DNA from: an uncultured Candidatus Saccharibacteria bacterium
Lineage (GTDB): Bacteria; Patescibacteriota; Saccharimonadia; Saccharimonadales; AWTP1-31
Length of the DNA stretch: 64,000 nucleotides
NCBI GenBank assembly: GCA_964409615.1
Contig: CAYPDT010000004.1
Location: forward strand, 11,949 to 75,948
Direction: 5' to 3'
The notes beneath the pieces are model-generated. The model was not told where the DNA came from. It did not search any database and saw nothing but the letters and a program-made list of their open reading frames with translations. A program made the position numbers and the translations under genes. Positions 27,622 through 38,052 of the stretch are shown piece after piece; position 1 is the first letter of the stretch; each line of letters starts with the position of its first letter.

Positions 27622-29232
27622 TTAACCCAAAACGCGGAAGACTTCTTCGATAGTGGTTTCGCCTTTGAGGAGCCGTAATACGGCATTGTGCAACATGGTT
27701 AACATGCCACCTTGTACTGCTGCCGTCTCTAACTTTTGAGTTGTAATTTCGCTCGAAGGACGGGTTAATAGGTCGCGTAAGGTGTCGCCCATGATGAGCT
27801 GTTCGCGTAGTGCAATTTGGCCTTTGAAACCAAATGGATTGTTGGCCGAAGACCCAGCTTTGTATAGTGTTACTCCAGCAAGAGTAGGCTTTGGTATCTG
27901 AGGTGGGAAGGTATCGACGATTGCCTGTAATCTGGCGATGGTGTTTTGGTCGGGTTGGTAGGCAACTTTGCTGGCGTCGTCGAGGCGGCGGACCAGGCGC
28001 TGAGCCATAATGAGCCGAATTGCAGAAGTGAATAATGGATTTTGGCCGATAATATCAACCATTCGTGTTAGTGCGGCCGCTGCCGAACTAGCGTGGAACG
28101 TTGAAAGAACCAGGTGGCCGGTCAGTGAGGCTTGTAGCGCTGTGCGAGCTGTATCGTTATCACGAATCTCGCCTACCATAACTACGTCGGGGTCTAGACG
28201 TAGTACAGCACGTAGATTATCGGCAAAGTGGCTTTCTTCACTCGATTTACTATTGACTGACACTTGAGTAATACCATCGAACTGGTATTCGACAGGGTCT
28301 TCGATGGTGATTATTTTTCGGGTATCGGTGTTAAGTGTATTGAGCATAGAGTAAAGCGTAGTCGTTTTACCAGAACCAGTCGGACCAACGGCTAATACTA
28401 ATCCGCTCGGTTTGCGGATGATTGCATCTACGATACCCCGCTCTTGTTCATTCAGACCCAAACGGTCTAGGCTGTACATATCCGCTTTCATGTTGAATAA
28501 GCGCATGACAATATCCATGCCGTGTATTGCTGGCACTGTTTCGACGCGAAGATTGACATCGACAACCGATTTATCAGCCATGGTCACCTTTTGCGTGATA
28601 TGTCCTTGCTGTGCTTCGTTGGCAGCTGTCGAGACATTGGCATTGCTAGCAATTGCAGCAGTAAGCATACGACTGCGATCGTGACTAATACGAGCAATGG
28701 GGTGTAAAACTCCGTCGATACGGAAGCGAATTCGTACACCATCTACTTGATTCTCTACATGGATATCGGAAGCAGAAAGCTTGTGTGCTTGGTCTGTCAG
28801 ATAGGCTAGCATGTCATCTGCTCGCACCTGGTCTAGAGTGGCAGAAACTTGCGAAACTAACGTTGCCTGTGACGCTTGGCTGCCATTAATGGTTATATCT
28901 TGATAGACCACTTGCTTGGGTGGGTCGTAAAGTTTCATATAATCGCGGTAGCCAGTATCGGAAATAAGAGTATAGCTGAGGCGCTGATCGAGAAAACGCT
29001 GGGTCAGCGCATTCATAGTCTGTTGAGAGGTGGTTGTGGTGATACCAAGTAGGACTTTGTTTTGAGTCACATCGAGCGGTACAACACGTAACGAATACAG
29101 CTCTTCTTTTGGCAGAAAGTCCTTAAACAGGGGTTTTTCGCCTGGCTGCGACGTGTCGGTATAAGTCAGCCCTAATAGCCGCGCACGACGTTCGGTGGAC
29201 TGCTCTTCGGTGAGTCGGATATCTTGTGACAT
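27622..29232 (-). CDS. pilB: Type IV pilus / type II secretion assembly ATPase (GspE/PilB family)
   Basis: 536 aa. Walker A GPTGSGKTT, Asp box, Walker B VVMVGEIRD, His box. Confidence 0.9.
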   Translation of the reverse strand: MSQDIRLTEEQSTERRARLLGLTYTDTSQPGEKPLFKDFLPKEELYSLRVVPLDVTQNKVLLGITTTTSQQTMNALTQRFLDQRLSYTLISDTGYRDYMKLYDPPKQVVYQDITINGSQASQATLVSQVSATLDQVRADDMLAYLTDQAHKLSASDIHVENQVDGVRIRFRIDGVLHPIARISHDRSRMLTAAIASNANVSTAANEAQQGHITQKVTMADKSVVDVNLRVETVPAIHGMDIVMRLFNMKADMYSLDRLGLNEQERGIVDAIIRKPSGLVLAVGPTGSGKTTTLYSMLNTLNTDTRKIITIEDPVEYQFDGITQVSVNSKSSEESHFADNLRAVLRLDPDVVMVGEIRDNDTARTALQASLTGHLVLSTFHASSAAAALTRMVDIIGQNPLFTSAIRLIMAQRLVRRLDDASKVAYQPDQNTIARLQAIVDTFPPQIPKPTLAGVTLYKAGSSANNPFGFKGQIALREQLIMGDTLRDLLTRPSSEITTQKLETAAVQGGMLTMLHNAVLRLLKGETTIEEVFRVLG

Positions 29233-29324
29233 TACAATCTAGTATAGCCTAAAAGCATAAGTAAGATGAAGGGCCTAGAGGTTATCATGCAAGAAATTGG
29301 TTGTTTTTGGCTATAATACATCTG

Positions 29325-29825
29325 ATGAACGACATTATCGTAATAGCGCACAATATGCGTAGCACTCATAACGTAGGTTCTTTGCTGCGCACTGCAGAGG
29401 GTCTGGGCGTTACCAAAGTGTATTTAACAGGCTATACGCCGCACCCCGAATATGCTGCTGATACGCGGTTACCCCATATTGCAGCCAAGCTGGCAAAGCA
29501 GATAAACAAGACGGCGCTTAATGCTGAGCAGTCTATTGAATGGGAGTTTACTGAAGATATCTCGCCAGTAATCGGAGCATTGAAAAAAGATGGCTATGCA
29601 ATCTATGGATTGGAGCAGACAGCCGAATCTATAGCATTGCCCGACTTTCAAGTACCGACTAAACTAGTATTGATTTTAGGTCGAGAGGTAGAGGGTATTG
29701 AGCCTGAAGTGTTAGCCCTATGCGACGGAGCACTAGAAATACCGATGTTCGGCAACAAGGAATCATTTAATGTAGTTCAGGCGGCAGCTATGGCGCTATA
29801 CCATTGTCGATTCATGATTGGCTAG
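29325..29825 (+). CDS. SpoU/TrmH-family RNA 2'-O-methyltransferase
   Basis: HNVGSLLRTAEGLGV, LILGREVEGI and SFNVVQAAAMALY motifs. TATAAT ends 8 nt before ATG 29325, so the mRNA may have little or no leader. Confidence 0.85.
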   Translation: MNDIIVIAHNMRSTHNVGSLLRTAEGLGVTKVYLTGYTPHPEYAADTRLPHIAAKLAKQINKTALNAEQSIEWEFTEDISPVIGALKKDGYAIYGLEQTAESIALPDFQVPTKLVLILGREVEGIEPEVLALCDGALEIPMFGNKESFNVVQAAAMALYHCRFMIG

Positions 29826-29880
29826 TGCTGGCTCAGATGGCTATGCCTCCAGGCGCTTATGGTTTACAATAAACAGTAAC

Positions 29881-31167
29881 ATGCCTGGCACCAAAAAAAC
29901 TCATGCCGCACATCGGAAGCGACATGGACACCACCAAAAACGCACCAACCATTTCTTGAACGTTTACAAGCCATTCTTACCGTTCCTTTTGCTTGCACTT
30001 ATGGCCGGTATAGTGGTTACAACCCGGTTTGCAAATAAACCTACAACACACAGTTCTGAAAGTACTTTATCACCTCAGACACAGGTGTTGGCTTATGCCA
30101 CGGGAGTCTCACCTAATGGGCTGCTAAACGGCACCAACCAACGGCGTGCTGCTGTAGGCCAAAGTGCGCTGAGTATTAATGACAAGCTCACTCAGGCAGC
30201 TCAGGCTAAAGCTAATGACATGATTAGCCGTAATTACTGGTCACACAATACCCCAGATGGTACGCCGCCATGGGCTTTTATTACCAATGCGGGATATAGC
30301 TATAGTCGTGCAGGTGAAAACCTGGCATGTGGCTTTGATGATAGCCCCTCAGTAATTACTGGCTGGTACAACAGTCCGTCGCATCGCGACAACATGCTAA
30401 CTCCACAGTACACCGATGTTGGTTTTGGTATTGCTAATGGATCAGCTTACAGCTGTGGCGACTTCGGGCCCAGTGAGCAAACTGTCATTGTCGCCATGTA
30501 TGGTACTCCATATACTCCAGCTGCAAATCAACCCGCACCGCAGCAGCAGACTGTCATTGAACTGCCTCAACCTTCGCAACCAGCAGTTAATGCTCAAGAG
30601 ACAACGACTGGAACTAATGGCCAAGATAAAAAACATTCCGTTATTTTGCTGGTTACTGATAGTCAAGGCAAGGCAGCGCCAGGGGTTTCGGTGACTCTAC
30701 ATTCTGACCCTCAAACGGGAATCACTGACAAGAATGGCCAAGTTACGTTTAGTAATGTTTCTACAGGCAAGCATACGATAATAATCGAAGTAAGTGGTGC
30801 AAAGTCTGAAATTCCAATCGACCTTACAAACGAGGCAGCTGAATTTAAGAAGACAGTCGCAAAACCAGAATTGACGAGCAATAAAGTGATCTTGAACGCG
30901 GATGGTACTTTGCCCGTGGTCGCTCCACAATCAGTTAATCGTTTCGCTATCTTGACATCCGGCCGAGCTATGTGGGCCCTGTGGCTGCTTATCCTAGCGG
31001 TGATTATTGGTGGAGCTTATATGTTAGTGAAGCACAGTATCGCGGCTCATCGATTCTTTGTACGTGGTGAAAGGTATATCTTACGACATAAATATGTCGA
31101 CGCCGCTGTTGTGCTGTTGCTGATTGCACTCTATTTTTTGACGCGAACCGTCGGCAGTATTCTTTAG
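29881..31167 (+). CDS. Membrane-anchored CAP/SCP (PR-1-like) domain protein with beta-sandwich domain
   Basis: His/Lys-rich N-terminus, TM, CAP motifs (NYWSHNTPDG, GENLACG, WYNSPSHRDNM), a Pro/Gln linker, a CarboxypepD_reg-like segment (VTLHSDPQTGITDKNGQVTFSNVSTGKH), and two C-terminal TMs. Confidence 0.8.
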   Translation: MPGTKKTHAAHRKRHGHHQKRTNHFLNVYKPFLPFLLLALMAGIVVTTRFANKPTTHSSESTLSPQTQVLAYATGVSPNGLLNGTNQRRAAVGQSALSINDKLTQAAQAKANDMISRNYWSHNTPDGTPPWAFITNAGYSYSRAGENLACGFDDSPSVITGWYNSPSHRDNMLTPQYTDVGFGIANGSAYSCGDFGPSEQTVIVAMYGTPYTPAANQPAPQQQTVIELPQPSQPAVNAQETTTGTNGQDKKHSVILLVTDSQGKAAPGVSVTLHSDPQTGITDKNGQVTFSNVSTGKHTIIIEVSGAKSEIPIDLTNEAAEFKKTVAKPELTSNKVILNADGTLPVVAPQSVNRFAILTSGRAMWALWLLILAVIIGGAYMLVKHSIAAHRFFVRGERYILRHKYVDAAVVLLLIALYFLTRTVGSIL

Positions 31168-31177
31168 CTACTCGTAT

Positions 31178-34100
31178 CTAATTAAGTTTAATGTTGGATT
31201 CACCAACAAGAGCCACGAGCGATTGATGGACTGTATCGTTATGACCGATTTGCATCGGTAGTTTAACAACCTGCCGGTTGTCGCCATCGCCTAAGACGAG
31301 GACTACCTCTGTACTTCCAGAATTCTGATCAATGACTGATTTGAGCTGCATCAGGGTTTGCTGGTCGCTGCTGTTGGCAAGCTTTATATATAGGCGTGGA
31401 TTTTGACCCAGTTCGTCACTTGGTTTCTTAGCTTCGGCCTTTTTCTTGGTGCCTGCCTTTTTGGGTACCTTTTGTTTTTTCATGCTGGGCATGTAGTTTT
31501 TTGCTTCACCATGAGTTACTTCCCTGGCCGAGTCGACCAGCACCTTAACCTCGCTTGACACTTTGCCGTCACGATCTTCGCCGGATATCTTCCCGGTTAC
31601 TGTTACGACCGTGTCGCGTTGCCATAAGTTGGTGCTTTCGGCATATACCCGGGGGAATAGGATTAACTCAAGCTCGGCATTTTCGTCGGCGATTTGCACA
31701 AAGGCCATTTTCTGACCATTTTTCGTGGTGATTTCACGGGAATCTAAGATTACACCCCCCACGGTGACTGCTTTGTTATGTAGGTCGGGAGTTAATTCCT
31801 TGATGGGCACCGTTTGTTCTGATAGCCACACCTTGTAATCTTCTAAGGGGTGTTGCGAAAGGTATAGGCCGAGCAGTTCCCGCTCCCACTGTAACTGCTC
31901 TCGCATAACAGGTTCGCCTGTTAGTTCTGCCAATTTTAACTTTGGCTTAACTTGTTCATCGGCTTCTATCGCGTCGCCAAACAAGTCAATTTGCCCGCTG
32001 GCCTTCTCTTTTTGAATACGGCTACCATACGCTAGTAAGACATCGAGGTTTTCGAGTAATTGGGCGCGTGTACCGAATCTGTCTAGGGCACCAGTTTTGA
32101 TAAGACTTTCTAGCGCTTTGCGGTTGACGATACGTACGCTTACCCGCTCAAAGAAGTCTTCGAGACTGGCAAACGGACTTTCGGTACGGGCTCGCAGTAT
32201 TTCTTCGACTGCTGCAGTGCCGACATTCTTAATAGCGGCCATGCCGAATCGTACTTGATGATTTTCGGGCACCACAGCAAATTCAACAAACGATTCGTTA
32301 ACGTCAGGAGCAAGTACTTTGATGCCCATGTTATTACACTCAGTAATTTCAATCGCTAAGCGGTCGATGTCATCATAGTCACTGGTCATTAGGGCAGCCA
32401 TAAAGCTCTCAGGGTAATGTGCCTTGAGATAGGCAGTCTGGTAGGCGATAAGTCCGTAGCATGCTGAGTGACTCTTGTTAAAACAGTAATCAGCGAAGGC
32501 TTCAAGCTGAGCCCAGAATTTCTCTGCAAAACTCTTTGGTACTTTGCTGTTCTCGACCATGCCGTCGATGAAGGCAACTTTCATTTTAGCCATTGTTTCG
32601 CGCTGTTTTTTACCGATAGCTTTGCGCAGGGTATCGGCTTGACCACCGGTGAAGCCACACATATCTTTACTGATCTGCATAAACTGCTCTTGGTAGACCA
32701 AAATACCATACGTCCCAGATAACGCTGCACGTAAACCCTCGTGTTCATACGTTACCTCTTTGAGGCCGTGCTTACGAGCAATGAAGTCATCGATAAACTG
32801 CATTGGCCCGGGGCGATATAAAGCTACCATTGCAATGATATCGTCGAAGACCGTTGGTTTGAGTTCACGCAAATAGCGTTTCATGCCTGCAGATTCTAGC
32901 TGGAATACTCCTGTGGTGTCACCTCGTTGCAGTAGTTCAAACGTTTTTTTATCGTCGAGCGGGATGGTCGAAATATCGATGTCGATATCGTACACGCGTT
33001 TAATAATGCGAAGCGCGTTCTTAATGATGGTCAAGTTAGACAAGCCCAAGAAGTCCATCTTCAATAGGCCCAGCTCTTCGACTGGGCCCATAGAATACTG
33101 CGTTGAAACCACGCCTTTTTGGGCCATTTCTAGCGGTGCAAACTTTACAATTTCGTCAGGAGCAATTACTACACCGGCAGCATGGATACCGTGGCTCCGG
33201 ATAGTACCTTCCATTTGTACAGCCAGATCGAAAATTCGCTTACTTTGTTCACTCGATTCGTACTCGGCTTTTAAGTCTTGGTCTTTAACCAGCGATGTTG
33301 CCAGTGGGATATGTCGACCCTGCACAGGTGGCGGAATCATTTTAGACAGTCGGTCGGCTTCGGCGTACGGTACTTGCAGAACTCGAGCGACATCGCGAAC
33401 CGCATTGCGTGCTGCCATACGGCCAAACGTCACTATGTTAGCCACTCGCTCTTTGCCATATTTCTGTACGCAGTACTGGATAACCTCATCACGGCGAGTG
33501 TCTTGGATGTCGATATCGACGTCTGGCATGCTGATACGGTCGGGATTTAGAAAACGCTCGAACAGCAAGTCGTACTTGATTGGATCAAGTTCTGTTATAC
33601 GCATGGCATAGGCAATGATAGAACCAGCCGCCGAGCCGCGCCCCGGACCAAAGACAATCCCCTGGCCTTTACCCCAGTTAATAAAATCTGCAACAATCAA
33701 GAAATAGCCGTTGAAGCCCATATCTTGAATCACCGATAATTCGTATTCAGCACGAACGAGAATATCGTTAGGCAAGGTTTTTTTGGCGAGTGGAATAGTT
33801 AATTTTGCGGCATCCGCTTGATTCACATCACCGTAGCGCCAGGCGAGGCCCTGATAGACAAGTGTATGCAAGTGCGATGCCTCAGACTCACCCTTGGGCA
33901 CTGGGAACTTCGGAATGAGTATTTGCCCTAGCTGGATATCCACGTGGCAGCGGTCAGCAATTGCTTTGGTGTTAGTGATTACCTCTGGGTGTTCATCGCC
34001 CCAACGAGCGATGATTTCGTTTGGGTCGGTTACATGAAGCTCGAATTCTTTCAGGCTCATTCGCTTCTCGTCACTCAAGAACGATCCAGTTTGCACACAA

Positions 34101-34807
34101 AGCAGTAGCTCATGTGCCTCTTGGTCGGCATGGGTTAAATAGTGTGCGTCACAGGTTAGCGCACACGGAATATCGAGTTCTTTGGCAAGTTTGAATGTCT
34201 GTTCGGTAACGCCAACTTGCTCCTGCCAAACACTTTGGTGATTCGGATGGCCATGATCTTGTACCTCGAAATAATAGCGGTCACCAAAGACAGACTTGTA
34301 CCACTCGGCAGTTTTCTTGGCTTTATCGTATTGACCGTTACGCAAAGCATCGCCGATTTCACCACCAATACAACCGCTCAGCACAATGATGCCTTCATTA
34401 TATTTTTCGAGTAGCTCATGGTCGACACGTGGCTTGTAGTAGAAACCATCTAGGTTAGCAATACTACTCAGGCGCATCAAATTCTCGTAGCCGGTATTAT
34501 TCATGGCTAGCAGAATTAGGTGGAATGGTGTTTTATCTTTCGAAGGGTCCCGGTCGGTATGACCGCGAGGGGCAACATAGGTCTCCATACCGATAACTGG
34601 TTTTATCTTGGCAGCATTAGCGGTCTTGTAGAATTCAATTGCGCCCGACATTGTACCGTGATCGGTGATGGCTACAGCTTCCATGCCAATATTACTTACA
34701 TATTCCATAAGCGCTGGCACTTTTGTTAGGCCATCAAGCAGACTGTACTGCGTATGGTTGTGCAGGTGAACGTAATCGGCTGGCGTTAATTTAGTCTTGG
34801 TTGCCAT
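31178..34807 (-). CDS. dnaE: DNA polymerase III subunit alpha
   Basis: 1209 aa. PHP domain (HLHNHTQYSLLDG), palm/fingers motifs, OB fold. Confidence 0.97.
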   Translation of the reverse strand: MATKTKLTPADYVHLHNHTQYSLLDGLTKVPALMEYVSNIGMEAVAITDHGTMSGAIEFYKTANAAKIKPVIGMETYVAPRGHTDRDPSKDKTPFHLILLAMNNTGYENLMRLSSIANLDGFYYKPRVDHELLEKYNEGIIVLSGCIGGEIGDALRNGQYDKAKKTAEWYKSVFGDRYYFEVQDHGHPNHQSVWQEQVGVTEQTFKLAKELDIPCALTCDAHYLTHADQEAHELLLCVQTGSFLSDEKRMSLKEFELHVTDPNEIIARWGDEHPEVITNTKAIADRCHVDIQLGQILIPKFPVPKGESEASHLHTLVYQGLAWRYGDVNQADAAKLTIPLAKKTLPNDILVRAEYELSVIQDMGFNGYFLIVADFINWGKGQGIVFGPGRGSAAGSIIAYAMRITELDPIKYDLLFERFLNPDRISMPDVDIDIQDTRRDEVIQYCVQKYGKERVANIVTFGRMAARNAVRDVARVLQVPYAEADRLSKMIPPPVQGRHIPLATSLVKDQDLKAEYESSEQSKRIFDLAVQMEGTIRSHGIHAAGVVIAPDEIVKFAPLEMAQKGVVSTQYSMGPVEELGLLKMDFLGLSNLTIIKNALRIIKRVYDIDIDISTIPLDDKKTFELLQRGDTTGVFQLESAGMKRYLRELKPTVFDDIIAMVALYRPGPMQFIDDFIARKHGLKEVTYEHEGLRAALSGTYGILVYQEQFMQISKDMCGFTGGQADTLRKAIGKKQRETMAKMKVAFIDGMVENSKVPKSFAEKFWAQLEAFADYCFNKSHSACYGLIAYQTAYLKAHYPESFMAALMTSDYDDIDRLAIEITECNNMGIKVLAPDVNESFVEFAVVPENHQVRFGMAAIKNVGTAAVEEILRARTESPFASLEDFFERVSVRIVNRKALESLIKTGALDRFGTRAQLLENLDVLLAYGSRIQKEKASGQIDLFGDAIEADEQVKPKLKLAELTGEPVMREQLQWERELLGLYLSQHPLEDYKVWLSEQTVPIKELTPDLHNKAVTVGGVILDSREITTKNGQKMAFVQIADENAELELILFPRVYAESTNLWQRDTVVTVTGKISGEDRDGKVSSEVKVLVDSAREVTHGEAKNYMPSMKKQKVPKKAGTKKKAEAKKPSDELGQNPRLYIKLANSSDQQTLMQLKSVIDQNSGSTEVVLVLGDGDNRQVVKLPMQIGHNDTVHQSLVALVGESNIKLN

Positions 34808-34854
34808 TCGGCAGGCCCCTACCCCGTCGTTAGATATCTATAACCATTATATAG

Positions 34855-34882
34855 AAAAAGTCCCCACAGATGTTGTGGGGAC
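34855..34882 (-). terminator. Rho-independent terminator after the YtxH gene
   Basis: Minus strand reads GUCCCCACA-acauc-UGUGGGGAC-UUUUU. Confidence 0.8.
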
Positions 34883-34940
34883 CATTTAATTACAACGCTT
34901 TCGGTAATCCGGTAAATGACTATCTGAGAGGGGTAATTAC

Positions 34941-35345
34941 TTACTTTTCAATAAAAGACTTCAGGTGGCCGACGGCTTCGTTAACGTCTTTTATGGCTTT
35001 TTTTAAGTCTTTGTCTTCGGCGTCACCATCGTGAAGAGCGGTGAGCATTTCGCGAGCTTTTTCTTTTGCCGAAACTGCTTTGTCTACTGCTTTATCGAAC
35101 TCGGGCTTGTGCTCGTCTTTGAGCTTACCACCGAAGTTCTTGGCTTTATCTATGTATTTGTTAACTTCGCTATGTAACTGCTTGAGTTCTTTTTCGGCAT
35201 CACGCTTTGCCTTGACAGCAGTGTTCTTAACATCGTCTCGGGTTTCTTTACCACTCTTCGGAGCTGTCAAAATACCTGCTAAGTAACCTACGGCTCCAGC
35301 GATGGCAGCACCTACGGCATATTTTTTGGTATCTTTATTCATCAT
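34941..35345 (-). CDS. YtxH-domain general-stress-type protein
   Basis: 134 aa. AIAGAVGYLAGILTAPKSGKETRDD signature, Lys/Glu-rich helical remainder. Confidence 0.8.
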   Translation of the reverse strand: MMNKDTKKYAVGAAIAGAVGYLAGILTAPKSGKETRDDVKNTAVKAKRDAEKELKQLHSEVNKYIDKAKNFGGKLKDEHKPEFDKAVDKAVSAKEKAREMLTALHDGDAEDKDLKKAIKDVNEAVGHLKSFIEK

Positions 35346-35349
35346 AACC

Positions 35350-35610
35350 TCATTTCTTCTTATTATCTCTTACGGTATGGACTATATTTGATAGCAGTTT
35401 TGCAAGAGCGGCCGGACCAGCACTTTGCTGAAAGAATGCAGTTACAGATTCAGCTTTATCGGCAATTTGCTCGGCTTTCTCAGTAATCCGACGAATGTGC
35501 TTCATTACTTTAATAATAAGTATAGCGGCAATAATGCTTAGAATTAAGAAGATTGCTAGGCATGAAGCCAAAATAATAAGGATGATTTGTTGGGTTGTTC
35601 CTAAATCCAT
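35350..35610 (-). CDS. Small single-TM protein (DUF948-like)
   Basis: 86 aa. N-terminal TM followed by an amphipathic helix. Paired with YtxH as in Firmicutes. Confidence 0.65.
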   Translation of the reverse strand: MDLGTTQQIILIILASCLAIFLILSIIAAILIIKVMKHIRRITEKAEQIADKAESVTAFFQQSAGPAALAKLLSNIVHTVRDNKKK

Positions 35611-35634
35611 ACTTCTTATTATACCCTTGTGGTC

Positions 35635-36525
35635 TTAGCCTACAAGGGTCTTAAGGTATTCCGTGAATTCGTCGCGCAAATCTTCACGCTTTAATGCCAT
35701 GTCGACCACTGTTTTGAGATACTCTAATTTGTTGCCAGTGTCGTAATATCGAGCATTTTGAAGCTTGAAGGCCAGAATTTCACTACCCTCTGCAATCGCA
35801 GCTCGCATTGCAGGTTGAATCTGGAATTCCGACCCGTCTTCGAGTTCTGTTAAGGATTTATGCAAGTGTCCAAAAATATCTGGTGTAAGTAGATACCCAC
35901 CAACATTAGCCAAAGTGCTTGGAGCATCGGCCCTGCCGGGCTTCTCGACAATGGTGGTCATTTGTATGATGCCCGGGCTTTTCTCTTCACCGGCGACAAC
36001 ACCGTAGCGGCTGAAGTCTTCGTCTTTGGTGAGTTCGATGCACGGCAACACGCTCGCACCGGTGGCTTGGTGTAGGTCAATCATCTGCTTAAAGCGCGAG
36101 GGTTCTGCGTCGATAAAATCATCGGCATAGGTGTAGATAAACGGCTCATCACCGATAAGATGCTCGCAGTTAAGTATAGGCGTAGCGTTACCATACGGAC
36201 CCTTTTGGCGAACATAGACAAAGTTGGCCATATCAGAAATCTTTTTTGTTGCCTCAAGCAGTTCAAGCTTGCCGCCTTGGCGCAAATTGGCTCGCAAGTC
36301 AGCACTCATGTAGTCGAAGTGATCTTCTATGGAGCGTTTGTGATAGCCCGTGACGATAACAATATCTTCAATTCCTGCCGCTACTAACTCTTCGACAATG
36401 TATTGAATAATTGGTTTGTCGACCAATGGCAGCATCTCTTTGGGAAGCGCTTTAGTCTGTGGAAGAAAGCGGGTGCCAAACCCGGCGGCTGCGATGACAG
36501 CTTTTCGTACAGGCATACTTTGCAT
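35635..36525 (-). CDS. galU: UTP--glucose-1-phosphate uridylyltransferase
   Basis: 296 aa. KAVIAAAGFGTRFLPQTKALPKEMLP. Confidence 0.9.
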   Translation of the reverse strand: MQSMPVRKAVIAAAGFGTRFLPQTKALPKEMLPLVDKPIIQYIVEELVAAGIEDIVIVTGYHKRSIEDHFDYMSADLRANLRQGGKLELLEATKKISDMANFVYVRQKGPYGNATPILNCEHLIGDEPFIYTYADDFIDAEPSRFKQMIDLHQATGASVLPCIELTKDEDFSRYGVVAGEEKSPGIIQMTTIVEKPGRADAPSTLANVGGYLLTPDIFGHLHKSLTELEDGSEFQIQPAMRAAIAEGSEILAFKLQNARYYDTGNKLEYLKTVVDMALKREDLRDEFTEYLKTLVG

Positions 36526-36545
36526 GCTTATAGCATAGCAGACAT

Positions 36546-38018
36546 TTATGAAAGATGCTTTTTGAGCAGTTCTTGTGCTAGCCCTGGGTTAGCTTTGCCC
36601 AGACTCGCTTTCATAACTTGTCCTACCAAGAAGCCTATGGCCTTCATTTCGCCATTGCGAACATCTTCGGCGGCCTGGGGATTGGCGGTGATGACATCGA
36701 TGACAATCTTATCAATTTCCCCTGAATCTGATACCTGAATAAACCCTTGCTCGTCGGCATACTTCTCGATATTTGAAGGGAGCGTATCATGCGCTAGTAG
36801 TTCTTGAATTAATAATTTAGCATTACTTGAACTAAGTTTGTTGGCTGTAACGAGGTTATTTATAGCATCATATAGCGTAGCTCTTTGGCTATTATCCAGC
36901 GCTACCACAGTATCTTCGTTATCGCGGAACGGTATTTCGATGTTTACAAACCAGTTAGCCAGTTGTTTGGCATAATCTTTATCAGCGATATTTGCTTCGA
37001 GCATTTCGAGGTATGACACATCGCTGCGAGCAACCTCGGCATCGATGAGGATATCGGTCTGACTAACACTCAAGCCGAGACTACCAAGTTTATTACGCCA
37101 TTCACCTGGCAGAATAGGCATTGTTTTTTTGATGGCATCAATAAACTCTTGGTTAAGTTCTACAGGAGGTATATCGGGCTCAGGCATATAGCGGTAGTCG
37201 TGTGCTTGTTCTTTGCCTCGCTGACTAATAGTCTTTTGCTTAGCATCATCCCAGCCTCGTGTCTCTTGTGTAATGGACTGGCCCTTTTCGAGTAGTTCTA
37301 TTTGGCGGTTAATCTCGAACTCGGCAGCTTTTTCAACACTGCGGAATGAGTTGAGGTTTTTTGTCTCTGTGCGAGTGCCAAGCTCGTCTGTTTTGCTTAC
37401 ACTAACATTTACGTCAAAACGCATGTTGCCCTGGAATAAGTCTGCCTCTGATACATCGGCATACTTCATAAGCAAATACAACTCATGAGCATACGCTCGT
37501 GCTTCTGCTGGGCTGTGGATGTCTGGTTCGGAGACAATTTCTAGTAGTGGTGTGCCGGCCCGGTTGAGGTCTACCAGTGAGTAATCTGCGCCATTTGGGT
37601 GCGAGCTTTTACCGGCATCTGCCTCTAGATGGGCGCGAGTAATTTTAACCGCCTTTTTTTGACCATCAACGTAAATATCGATACTACCACCTAAGACAAT
37701 AGGTTGGTAAAACTGGGTAATTTGATAGCCCAGTGGTAAGTCCGGGTAAAAATAGTGTTTGCGATCGAAGGTACTGAAGGTAGATGGCTGCGAACCGAGT
37801 GCAAAGGCGGCTTTGCTGGCTAGTTCTACAGCATGTTTGTTGAGCACTGGCAAAGCACCAGGCATGCCCAAACAGATATGACTTATGAGGGTGTTTGGCT
37901 CTGCATCGCGCGCATCATTACCAACGGCGGCAAATAATTTTGTGTTGGTCTTGAGCTGTACATGGCATTCTATACCAATTGTTACAGTGTATTGTTTGCG
38001 AGTAGCTTCGGTAATCAT
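36546..38018 (-). CDS. gatB: Asp/Glu-tRNA amidotransferase subunit B
   Basis: 490 aa. GIECHVQL, FDRKHYFYPDLP, C-terminal YqeY-like domain. Confidence 0.95.
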   Translation of the reverse strand: MITEATRKQYTVTIGIECHVQLKTNTKLFAAVGNDARDAEPNTLISHICLGMPGALPVLNKHAVELASKAAFALGSQPSTFSTFDRKHYFYPDLPLGYQITQFYQPIVLGGSIDIYVDGQKKAVKITRAHLEADAGKSSHPNGADYSLVDLNRAGTPLLEIVSEPDIHSPAEARAYAHELYLLMKYADVSEADLFQGNMRFDVNVSVSKTDELGTRTETKNLNSFRSVEKAAEFEINRQIELLEKGQSITQETRGWDDAKQKTISQRGKEQAHDYRYMPEPDIPPVELNQEFIDAIKKTMPILPGEWRNKLGSLGLSVSQTDILIDAEVARSDVSYLEMLEANIADKDYAKQLANWFVNIEIPFRDNEDTVVALDNSQRATLYDAINNLVTANKLSSSNAKLLIQELLAHDTLPSNIEKYADEQGFIQVSDSGEIDKIVIDVITANPQAAEDVRNGEMKAIGFLVGQVMKASLGKANPGLAQELLKKHLS

Positions 38019-38052
38019 AATGTAATTTGGAAATCAGCACATATATGCTGTT

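Noticed and set aside
32883-33611. 242-aa ORF on the plus strand inside dnaE. Similar long antisense ORFs occur at 5542-6060 in recG, 11889-12434 in the PBP gene and 26012-26398 in the malic enzyme gene.
   Set aside because: All are fully embedded antisense to genes with unmistakable conserved motifs. Their translations are low-complexity Ser/Arg/Ala/Leu-rich with no motifs, SDs or promoters. They are typical shadow ORFs.
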